From Chitinophagaceae bacterium (GTDB taxonomy: Bacteria > Bacteroidota > Bacteroidia > Chitinophagales > Chitinophagaceae), in contig JADGPX010000001.1 of assembly GCA_017882215.1 (NCBI GenBank), positions 1 to 48,080 on the forward strand: a stretch of 48,080 nt of DNA. Direction: 5' to 3'. The position numbers were made by a program, and so were the translations under genes. Under the pieces are notes generated by a model, which was not told the DNA's origin, searched no databases, and saw only the letters and a program-made list of their open reading frames with translations. Shown here one piece after another: positions 30,889-38,909 of this stretch; position 1 is the stretch's first letter; each line of letters opens with the position of its first letter.

Positions 30889-31176
30889 CTAATCACTTAG
30901 CAATCCAATGCATTTATCAATCTCTTTTATATATTGGTTAATTCGCTTTTCAAATTCTTTTTGATCAGCTTCGGTCATTTGCCCGGAGGCAGCTTTTAAA
31001 ATATTTACTTTTTGATCAAGTTCGTATAATGTAGATTTATAATCCTCTTCTTTTTGCCTGAGTTTTTTTACCTCATCATTTAAATTGCCATTTTCTTTTT
31101 TTAAGGCAACATGTTTTTTTAATAACTGCTGAAGTTTTTCATTAATTAATTTGATATGTGCTTCAAGATTATTCAT
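30889..31176 (-). CDS. Coiled-coil protein (ZapB-like)
   Basis: Heptad coiled coil, C-terminal IKEIDKCIGLL; upstream of zapA. Confidence 0.7.
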   Translation of the reverse strand: MNNLEAHIKLINEKLQQLLKKHVALKKENGNLNDEVKKLRQKEEDYKSTLYELDQKVNILKAASGQMTEADQKEFEKRINQYIKEIDKCIGLLSD

Positions 31177-33614
31177 TAAGAGGCTTTTCTTATTTCTGCG
31201 CCTAATTCTTTTTCATAAGATACAATTATTTTATTCATCATTGCATCAATCTCTTTATCAGTAAGTGTTTTTTCTTTGTCAGAAAAAGTAAAACTAACTG
31301 CAAGAGATCTTTTATCCTGTCCTAATTTTTCGCTTTCAAAAATATCAAACAATTTAATGTTAACCAGTTTAGAAATGTTTAAAGACTTAATTAAGCTTTC
31401 CACATTTTCATAAGAAATATTTTTATTCACTATCATCGATATATCTCTTTGTACTTCCGGATATTTTGATATTTCTGAAAATTCAATTTTTACTTTCTTA
31501 GCAAATCCTGTTAATTTTCCCCAATTTATATCAGCAAAAAAAACAGGTTGTTTTATAGAGAATTGTTCAAGTTTGTTTTTATCTACAGTATTTATTTGTG
31601 CAACTAATTCATCGTTAACAAAAGCATTGAGAGAAGAATCAGAAATTTTAAAACTTATATTATCAACTTCTGATGACTGAAATAATTTTTCGCAAACGCC
31701 TTTTACAAAATAAATGTCTGCTTTGGTTTCTTTGCCCCTCCAGCCAAGTTGATTTTTATTTCCGGAAGCATATAAACATAAATGTTCTTCTTCATTGTAA
31801 TTGCCTATACCTGAAGTTGAATAAGCTTTTCCAAATTCAAATAACAGCAGGTCATTGTTTTTGTGATTGATATTATGTGCCACACATTCCAATCCTGTTT
31901 CTAAAAGAGCAGGTCGCATAACATCCAACGCTACGCTTAAATTATTTAGAAGCTTTACTGTTGAATGTAAAACCTCTTCTTTATAATATGCACTGTTAGT
32001 TATTGAGTTGGTAAGTATTTCTGAAAATCCAAGTCCTATTAAATAATTGGCAATTTTTTCTTTGTATGCAAATTCAAATCCTGCGGTTTCCACAGCCGGT
32101 GAAATTGTTATCGCTGATGGAATTTCAACATTATCATATCCATCAATCCTCATTATTTCTTCAATAATATCCGCCGGCAAAGTAATATCCGGTTTACTAA
32201 ATGGCACTGCGATGCGAAGGTCATCCAATCCTTCTTTCAATATCTCAAAATCCAGGCTTTGTAAAATATTTTTTATTGTATCAGGATGATAATTTTTTCC
32301 GCTTATTTTTTTCAGGTAATGATTTCTTAAAACAACTTCTGTTTTCTCTTTCGGGCTTGGATAAACATCAACAACGTCCGATGCTATTTCTCCGCCTGCT
32401 AATTCTTTTATCATAATTGCAGCTCTTTTAAGAACATTAACTGTATTGCTTATATCAACACCTTTCTCAAAACGGTTTGAGGCATCGGTTCTTAAATTAT
32501 GCAGCAAAGAAGTTCTTCTTATAGATTTTGGTTCAAACCAGGCGCTCTCTAAAAAAATATTTTTTGTAGTTTCTTTCACGCTACTCTTAATTCCACCGAA
32601 AACACCACCGAAACACATGGGCTCTTCATCTCCATTGCATATCATAAGATCCTCTGCATTCAATTTTCTTTCTTTTTCATCTAATGTTATAAAGGCTGTT
32701 CCCGCTGCAAGATTTTTTACAATTATTTTACCTGCCTGTCCGGCAGGCAGGTTGCCTTTTATTTTATCAGCATCAAAAGCATGTAAAGGTTGCCCGGTTT
32801 CATGCAGAATATAATTAGTGATATCAACTATATTATTTATTGGACGAACACCAATACTTTTTAATTTTTGTTGCAGCCATTTAGGGCTTTCCTTAACTTT
32901 TATATTGCTTATGCTAACGCCTGAATATCGCTGGCAAGCTTCTTTGTTTTCTATAATAACTTCAATTGGTAATTTATGGTTATCAACTTTAAAATTATTT
33001 TTAAAAGGCGATTTTATTGGAGCACTTTTTTTATTATGATGAGATAAATAAGCATACACATCTTTTGCCACACCCAGATGACTCATTGCATCCATTCGGT
33101 TGGGAGTAATACCTAATTCAAATATCCAATCTGCATAAGGATTAAAATATACTGAAGCTTCACTTCCAACTTCAACATCATTCGGTAAAACTATAATGCC
33201 TTCATGGCTTTCTCCTATTCCTATCTCATCTTCAGCGCATATCATTCCCTGACTTTCGTAGCCGCGGATCTTTGCTTTTTTCATCGTCACCGGTTCACCC
33301 TTTAAAGGATGCAATGTAGTGCCAACTGTTGCAACCACTACCTTTTGCCCTGCAGAAACGTTTGGTGCGCCGCAAACAATTTGAAGCTCACCATTTCCGG
33401 TATTTACTTTTGTAAGTTTTAATTTATCAGCTTCAGGATGTTTTATACATTCTGTTACTTCACCAATTATCAATCCTTCTAACCCGCCTTTTACTTCTTC
33501 ATATTTTTCCAGGCTTTCCACTTCAAGCCCTACAGAAGTTAAGATGCTGCTTAATTTTTCAGGTTCCGGAATCTCCGGTATATATTCACTAAGCCAATTG
33601 TAACTGATTTTCAT
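31176..33614 (-). CDS. pheT: Phenylalanine-tRNA ligase beta subunit, with a 7-aa insertion
   Basis: MKISYNWL, HPEADKL, IVCGAPN, TPNRMD, NNIVDITNY, GQPLHAFD, RFEKGVD, C-terminal FDX-ACB domain. Confidence 0.97.
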   Translation of the reverse strand: MKISYNWLSEYIPEIPEPEKLSSILTSVGLEVESLEKYEEVKGGLEGLIIGEVTECIKHPEADKLKLTKVNTGNGELQIVCGAPNVSAGQKVVVATVGTTLHPLKGEPVTMKKAKIRGYESQGMICAEDEIGIGESHEGIIVLPNDVEVGSEASVYFNPYADWIFELGITPNRMDAMSHLGVAKDVYAYLSHHNKKSAPIKSPFKNNFKVDNHKLPIEVIIENKEACQRYSGVSISNIKVKESPKWLQQKLKSIGVRPINNIVDITNYILHETGQPLHAFDADKIKGNLPAGQAGKIIVKNLAAGTAFITLDEKERKLNAEDLMICNGDEEPMCFGGVFGGIKSSVKETTKNIFLESAWFEPKSIRRTSLLHNLRTDASNRFEKGVDISNTVNVLKRAAIMIKELAGGEIASDVVDVYPSPKEKTEVVLRNHYLKKISGKNYHPDTIKNILQSLDFEILKEGLDDLRIAVPFSKPDITLPADIIEEIMRIDGYDNVEIPSAITISPAVETAGFEFAYKEKIANYLIGLGFSEILTNSITNSAYYKEEVLHSTVKLLNNLSVALDVMRPALLETGLECVAHNINHKNNDLLLFEFGKAYSTSGIGNYNEEEHLCLYASGNKNQLGWRGKETKADIYFVKGVCEKLFQSSEVDNISFKISDSSLNAFVNDELVAQINTVDKNKLEQFSIKQPVFFADINWGKLTGFAKKVKIEFSEISKYPEVQRDISMIVNKNISYENVESLIKSLNISKLVNIKLFDIFESEKLGQDKRSLAVSFTFSDKEKTLTDKEIDAMMNKIIVSYEKELGAEIRKAS
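32731..32751. mobile_element. 21-nt palindromic mini-element inserted in frame in pheT (family A)
   Basis: CCTGCCTGTCCGGCAGGCAGG; removal restores AAA GGC AAT AAA ATA (DKIKGNKIIVK). Confidence 0.85.
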
Positions 33615-33740
33615 TCTATATTAATTATAACACTTTTTCAAAAATAAGGAAGATGAATTTAAAGGGTTGAATTGCTTTTTGGGCATGTTTTCCATTATAA
33701 GAAATAAAATGAAAATTAACATCAAAAAATTAAATTTCTT

Positions 33741-33880
33741 TTCTCCACAAACTTTGTGAATATCACTTCAAAAAGAACGGAAAAAAATTTTAAATTGTGG
33801 AGAAGCTCAATATTAGTGTTAATAAATTGGTTAATTCGAGGATATCTAAGTGAACAGCGGTTGGAATAACTTAAGGATAA
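33741..33880. promoter_or_regulatory. Cluster of DnaA-box-like 9-mers in the pheT-dnaB divergent spacer
   Basis: TTCTCCACA 33741, TGTGAATAT 33755, TGTGGAGAA 33796, TGTTAATAA 33817, weaker copies at 33849, 33861, 33872. Confidence 0.5.
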
Positions 33881-33980
33881 AGTCTTTATTTTTTTTAAAA
33901 TTTTGTCCTTTACCTTAGTCGCCCTGTATTCATTTAGCAAGATGAAATCAGTTTATTAACCTAACAACTGCAAAATAAAT

Positions 33981-35546
33981 ATGGATCTTACTAATCTCAA
34001 TAAGGATAGAAAAACCCGTCGCAAAAGCGGTACCCTGGACCTCGGAACAATGATGTATGGCAAAGTGCCGCCACAGGCTAAAGACCTTGAAGAGGCTGTG
34101 CTTGGTGCTATTATGCTTGAAAAAAGTGCTTTTGATACAATAGCACAAATTTTAAAGCCTGAATGTTTTTATGTGGAAGCCAATCAGCGTATTTACAGAA
34201 GCATGCAGGGTTTGCAGCAGAAAAATTTACCCATCGATCTTTTAACTGTTGTTGAGGAATTAAAATTACGTGAAGAACTTGATCTGGTTGGCGGTCCTTA
34301 TTATGTTTCAAAGCTTACCAATGCGGTTGTTTCATCTGCAAATATTGAAGCCCACTCAAGAATTATTCTGCAAAAATTTATTCAAAGAGAACTTATCAGG
34401 ATCAGCGGCGAAATAATAGGTGATGCTTATGAAGACAGCACTGATGTGTTCGAACTTTTAGATGAAGCAGAATCTAAATTATTTGAAATAACCAATAACC
34501 ATCTTCGTAAGGATTATGCAAGCATAAGTGATGTATTGGTAAAAACTATTCAGCGAATTGAGGACCTGCGTACCCGACAGGATGAAATAAGCGGTGTGCC
34601 TACAGGCTTTGCTTCGTTAGACAGGACAACGTATGGATGGCAGCCAACTGACTTAATAATTCTGGCAGCACGTCCATCAGTAGGTAAAACAGCATTTGCA
34701 CTTAACCTTGCACGCAATGCTGCATTGCATCCAACAAAACCAACAGCGGTTGGTTTCTTTTCTTTAGAGATGAGTGCAGGGCAATTGGTGCAAAGAATTT
34801 TAAGCGCTGAAAGTGAAATATGGTTAGAGAAAATTTCAAGAGGCAGGTTGGAAGAACATGAGATGAAGCAGCTCTATAAAAAAGGAATTGAAAGATTAGC
34901 ATCAGCGCCAATACACATTGATGATACAGCAGCGCTGAATATTTTTGAGCTTCGGGCTAAATGCCGCCGTTTAAAAAATAAACATAATGTTGGTTTAATA
35001 ATTATCGATTATCTCCAGTTGATGAGCGGAATAAGTGAGAACCGCAATACCAACCGTGAGCAGGAGATAAGCCGTATTTCAAGAGATCTGAAAGGGCTTG
35101 CAAAGGAATTAAATATTCCTATTCTTGCTTTAAGTCAGTTAAGCCGTGAGGTTGAAAAACGTGGGGCTAAAGAAGGACAAAAAATTCCGCAGCTGAGTGA
35201 CCTTAGGGAATCCGGTGCTATTGAACAGGATGCTGATATGGTAATGTTCTTATACCGCCCTGAATATTATGACATCACTGCAAATGAAATGGGCGAAAGC
35301 AACAAAGGCGAAACCCATTTGCGTATTGCAAAGCACAGGAACGGACAACTGGATAACATCAAATTCAAAGCATTGCTGCATATTCAAAAATTTATTGAGG
35401 AAGATGGAACTGACGCCAGCAGCCAGTTTCCCGGCGGTGGTAACTGGAAACCGGTTAGTGATATTGATGGTGATGGAGCCAAGCTCTACATTCAAAAAGG
35501 AAGCAAAATGAATGATGGAGAATTTGATGATGAGACACCGTTTTAA
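33981..35546 (+). CDS. dnaB: Replicative DNA helicase
   Basis: PPQAKDLEEAVLG, AARPSVGKT, FSLEM, IIDYLQL, LSQLSR, SDLRESGAIEQDAD, AKHRNG; no intein. Confidence 0.97.
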   Translation: MDLTNLNKDRKTRRKSGTLDLGTMMYGKVPPQAKDLEEAVLGAIMLEKSAFDTIAQILKPECFYVEANQRIYRSMQGLQQKNLPIDLLTVVEELKLREELDLVGGPYYVSKLTNAVVSSANIEAHSRIILQKFIQRELIRISGEIIGDAYEDSTDVFELLDEAESKLFEITNNHLRKDYASISDVLVKTIQRIEDLRTRQDEISGVPTGFASLDRTTYGWQPTDLIILAARPSVGKTAFALNLARNAALHPTKPTAVGFFSLEMSAGQLVQRILSAESEIWLEKISRGRLEEHEMKQLYKKGIERLASAPIHIDDTAALNIFELRAKCRRLKNKHNVGLIIIDYLQLMSGISENRNTNREQEISRISRDLKGLAKELNIPILALSQLSREVEKRGAKEGQKIPQLSDLRESGAIEQDADMVMFLYRPEYYDITANEMGESNKGETHLRIAKHRNGQLDNIKFKALLHIQKFIEEDGTDASSQFPGGGNWKPVSDIDGDGAKLYIQKGSKMNDGEFDDETPF

Positions 35547-35607
35547 TTTCTGATTTTGATTTTAAGATTGTGGTTTTCAAATTTTATATTTGATAAAATA
35601 ATTTTTT

Positions 35608-35853
35608 ATGGACACTGAAACAGTAAAAGAAGAAATTCATCAGCTCATAAATAATATTGATGATATTGAATTTTTAAAAGCTGTACAAACTATTATCTCT
35701 GCAAAAATTCAGGATGATTCTGAAGAAAATAATTTGACCGATGAAGAAATACAAATATTAAAAGAGAGAGAAGAAAATTATTTGTCCGGCAAAACAAAAA
35801 CATATACATGGGAAGAGGTGAAAAGCCGTTTAAAACCTAAACCAAATGTATGA
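35608..35853 (+). CDS. Putative addiction-module antitoxin
   Basis: Small acidic protein with LTDEE..ILKER...TYTWEEVK; overlaps the toxin start. Confidence 0.7.
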   Translation: MDTETVKEEIHQLINNIDDIEFLKAVQTIISAKIQDDSEENNLTDEEIQILKEREENYLSGKTKTYTWEEVKSRLKPKPNV

Positions 35854-36139
35854 GGTAATAATTGAAGAAGATGCGGCTTTAGAAATTGAAGAAATTTATT
35901 TTTGGTATGAAAATAAATTATCCGGGTTAGGCGAAAGATTTAAAGAAGATTTTGATAAAAGAATAGACATTTTATCTCATAAACCAAATACATTTTCTTT
36001 CCTTACAAAAATTCACAGAAGAACTCCACTAAAATCTTTTCCTTATTTTATTATTTATAGAGTGATACAAAATACTGTAATTGTACTTAGCATTATTTAT
36101 GCCGGAAGAAATTTAGATGAGTTGCAATCTGAATGGTAA
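35846..36139 (+). CDS. RelE/ParE family toxin
   Basis: A..EIEEIYFWYE..GLGERF...RRTPLKSFPYFIIY..VIVLSI. Confidence 0.8.
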   Translation: MYEVIIEEDAALEIEEIYFWYENKLSGLGERFKEDFDKRIDILSHKPNTFSFLTKIHRRTPLKSFPYFIIYRVIQNTVIVLSIIYAGRNLDELQSEW

Positions 36140-36150
36140 AGAATAAATTA

Positions 36151-36852
36151 ATGTCACTTCCTTTTTTTTATATAGAGCAAATCCCGGTTAATCAATCTTC
36201 TTTTATATTAAGTGAGGATACATCAAAGCATATCATCCAGGTTTTGAGAATGAAGCAGGGAGAACAGCTTCAACTCACCAATGGGAAAGGTGAAATAATA
36301 ACTGTAGAAATAATTTCAGAAAATAAAAAAGCTGCTGAAGTAAACGCTCTTTCAACATCAAACATTCCACCTCGTACATCCAACATCACAATCGCTATCT
36401 CTTTAATAAAAAATACAAACCGCTTCGAATGGTTTCTTGAAAAGTCAACAGAGATAGGCATTTCAGAAATTATTCCTTTGATCTGCGAGCGAACAGAGAA
36501 GCAACATTTTCGTCACGACAGGATGAAAAATATTCTTATCAGTGCAATGCTGCAAAGCCAGCAGGCATGGTTGCCGGTATTGCATGAGCCAATAAAATTT
36601 AAAGACATTATTAAAAACTCAACCCACCAAAAAAAATATATTGCACATTGTATTGAAGAAGAAAAAAAACAATTAACCAATGAAGCAATTAAACAATCAA
36701 CAATAATCCTTATCGGTCCTGAAGGTGATTTTACAAAAGAAGAAGTTGAATTTGCAAAACAAAATAATTTTATCCCGGTTTCATTAGGAGATACAAGATT
36801 GCGAACAGAAACAGCCGCAATAGTTGCCTGCGTTTTATTAAATCAGCAGTAA
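36151..36852 (+). CDS. rsmE: 16S rRNA m3U1498 methyltransferase
   Basis: HIIQVLRM, EKSTEIGI, IGPEGDF, SLGDTRLRTETAA. Confidence 0.93.
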   Translation: MSLPFFYIEQIPVNQSSFILSEDTSKHIIQVLRMKQGEQLQLTNGKGEIITVEIISENKKAAEVNALSTSNIPPRTSNITIAISLIKNTNRFEWFLEKSTEIGISEIIPLICERTEKQHFRHDRMKNILISAMLQSQQAWLPVLHEPIKFKDIIKNSTHQKKYIAHCIEEEKKQLTNEAIKQSTIILIGPEGDFTKEEVEFAKQNNFIPVSLGDTRLRTETAAIVACVLLNQQ

Positions 36853-37659
36853 TTATTTAGCGCTGTCACCATTGTTTACTGGTGTTTCTTTAAAGTGTGC
36901 TTCATGCAATTCCAGCGGTTTTAAATTTTGTTTTTGTTTTTTTCTCATCCACATATTCAGCATTTCCACTGCAAAAGAAAAAGCCATAGCAAAATAAACG
37001 TAGTTCTTTAAATGCAGATCATGGGCTTTTTCAGCATCCCATCCTTCAATTAATAATCCCACACCTATCATTACTAAAAAAGATAACGCAAGCATTTTTA
37101 AAGTAGGATGTTTATGGATAAAGTCGCTGATCTTTCTTAAAAAAATAAACATAATGATCATTGCTATTATAACCGCAACAATCATTACTTCCACCCTGCG
37201 TGCCATACCAACAGCTGTTATTATGCTGTCAAAAGAAAACACCATGTCAATTAATATTATCTGACTTATAACTGTACCGAATTTTGTTGGAACTTTTTGA
37301 AATCCTTTTTCAATTTCATCATCGCCTTCTAACTTTTCATGAATTTCTTTAACGGTTTTATATAGCAGGAAAAATCCCCCACCCAACATAATAAGGCTTC
37401 TTAAGTTAAAGCCCTTACCAAATATGCTGAACAATTCTGAACTGCCATGTTGAACCAACCATCCAAGTCCAATTAATAAACCGGTTCTTACAGCAATGCC
37501 GGCAAACATCCATATTTTTCTGGCGGTTTTTTGTTTTGCATCATCCAGCTTACTCATAACAATGGAAACAAATATTACATTGTCAATGCCTAAAACAACT
37601 TCCAAAACTGTAAGCGTTAATAAACTAACGAAGTTTTCTGCTGTAAATAATGATTCCAT
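36853..37659 (-). CDS. TerC family membrane protein
   Basis: LEVVLGIDNVIF, DMVFSFDSIITAVG, HPTLKMLALSFL. Confidence 0.9.
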   Translation of the reverse strand: MESLFTAENFVSLLTLTVLEVVLGIDNVIFVSIVMSKLDDAKQKTARKIWMFAGIAVRTGLLIGLGWLVQHGSSELFSIFGKGFNLRSLIMLGGGFFLLYKTVKEIHEKLEGDDEIEKGFQKVPTKFGTVISQIILIDMVFSFDSIITAVGMARRVEVMIVAVIIAMIIMFIFLRKISDFIHKHPTLKMLALSFLVMIGVGLLIEGWDAEKAHDLHLKNYVYFAMAFSFAVEMLNMWMRKKQKQNLKPLELHEAHFKETPVNNGDSAK

Positions 37660-37680
37660 ACTTTATATTGATCTGCGAAT

Positions 37681-38781
37681 TTATGGTAACGATCTGCAAA
37701 TATTTTTTGCAATAGCCGGACCTTCATAAATAAAACCGGTCCAAACCTGCACCAATGTAGCGCCGGCATTAATTTTTTCAATTGCATCATCACCGTCAAA
37801 TATTCCGCCACTTGCAATAATGAGGATTCTATTATTTGTTTTTTTACAGATGTATTGTACTATTTGTGTTGAAGATCCTTTTAAAGGTTTCCCACTCAAT
37901 CCACCTGAACCAATAGTTTGTAATTTGTAGTTTGTAGTTTGTAGTTTATCTCTGCTAATGGTTGTATTGCTTATTATCAATCCATCTAAATTTATTTCGA
38001 TCGCAAGATCGATAATGTCATCAATTTCACTTTCGTTAAGATCAGGAGAAATTTTTAAGAGCACAGGCTTAGGATGCTCTTTATTAAAATTTAAGTTTTG
38101 CAGATGAGATAAAATTTTTCTCAAAGAATCTTTTTGCTGAAGTTCTCTTAAACCCGGTGTGTTTGGTGAGCTGACATTAACAACGAAATAATCAATCCAA
38201 TCAAACAATTCACGAAAGCAAATTTCATAATCTTTCCATGCATCTTCATTTGCGGTATTTTTGTTTTTACCAATGTTGCCACCGATGATAAGTCGTGAAT
38301 TGTGATCCCGGTAGCTATTTGGAGTGAATTGCGAATGAGTTTTTGATTGACCATTGACCATTGACCATTCACTCCTTTTCTCCTTCCACTCTTTTAATCT
38401 CTTAGCAATTACTATAACTCCGTCATTATTAAATCCCATGCGGTTTATTAATGCTTTGTCTTTCGGCAGCCGGAACAATCTTGGTTTATCATTTCCTTTT
38501 TGAGGCAATGGTGTAACGGTTCCTATTTCGATAAAACCAAAACCCAGCGCTTCTAATTCAGTAAGATATTTTGCATTTTTATCAAAGCCTGCAGCAAGAC
38601 CAACAGGATTTTTAAATTGTAATCCAAAAGCAGTAACCGGAGAGTCAACAGGAGTATATGTCTTACTAATTATTTTTTTTATGAAATTGATCTTACAAAT
38701 CAGCTTTAAAAAATTCATTGAAAAATAATGAACCTGTTCTGCATCAAACCAAAACAAAATATTACGGAGCAGCTTGTACAT
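37681..38781 (-). CDS. pyrD: Quinone-dependent dihydroorotate dehydrogenase, with repeat-derived segments
   Basis: GLAAGFDKN, GTVTPLPQ.GN, NRMGFNN, NIGKNK, NVSSPNTPGLR, KISPD, NTT, GGLSG. Confidence 0.95.
   Translation of the reverse strand: MYKLLRNILFWFDAEQVHYFSMNFLKLICKINFIKKIISKTYTPVDSPVTAFGLQFKNPVGLAAGFDKNAKYLTELEALGFGFIEIGTVTPLPQKGNDKPRLFRLPKDKALINRMGFNNDGVIVIAKRLKEWKEKRSEWSMVNGQSKTHSQFTPNSYRDHNSRLIIGGNIGKNKNTANEDAWKDYEICFRELFDWIDYFVVNVSSPNTPGLRELQQKDSLRKILSHLQNLNFNKEHPKPVLLKISPDLNESEIDDIIDLAIEINLDGLIISNTTISRDKLQTTNYKLQTIGSGGLSGKPLKGSSTQIVQYICKKTNNRILIIASGGIFDGDDAIEKINAGATLVQVWTGFIYEGPAIAKNICRSLP
37914..37948. repeat. Five TAGTTTG-type heptamers inside pyrD
   Basis: TAGTTTG TAATTTG TAGTTTG TAGTTTG TAGTTTA; encodes KLQTTNYKLQT. 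Confidence 0.85.
38293..38373. repeat. About 81 nt of repeat-derived in-frame sequence in pyrD: inverted heptamer arrays with a nested 18-nt palindrome
   Basis: Minus strand AGTGAAT GGTCAAT x3 ... ATTCGCA ATTCAC[TCCAAATAGCTACCGGGA]TCACA ATTCACG; encodes SEWSMVNGQSKTHSQFTPNSYRDHNSR. Confidence 0.8.
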
Positions 38782-38909
38782 GAGGTTGTCTGAACTGGGA
38801 TTTTTGAGATTAAAGGATTTTTGGGATTTTGTTTACTGAAATTTTGATCATTACTATTTATTTAAAAGTAAATTGCAATATAATTTCAAATATCAAATTT
38901 ATAAATCAA

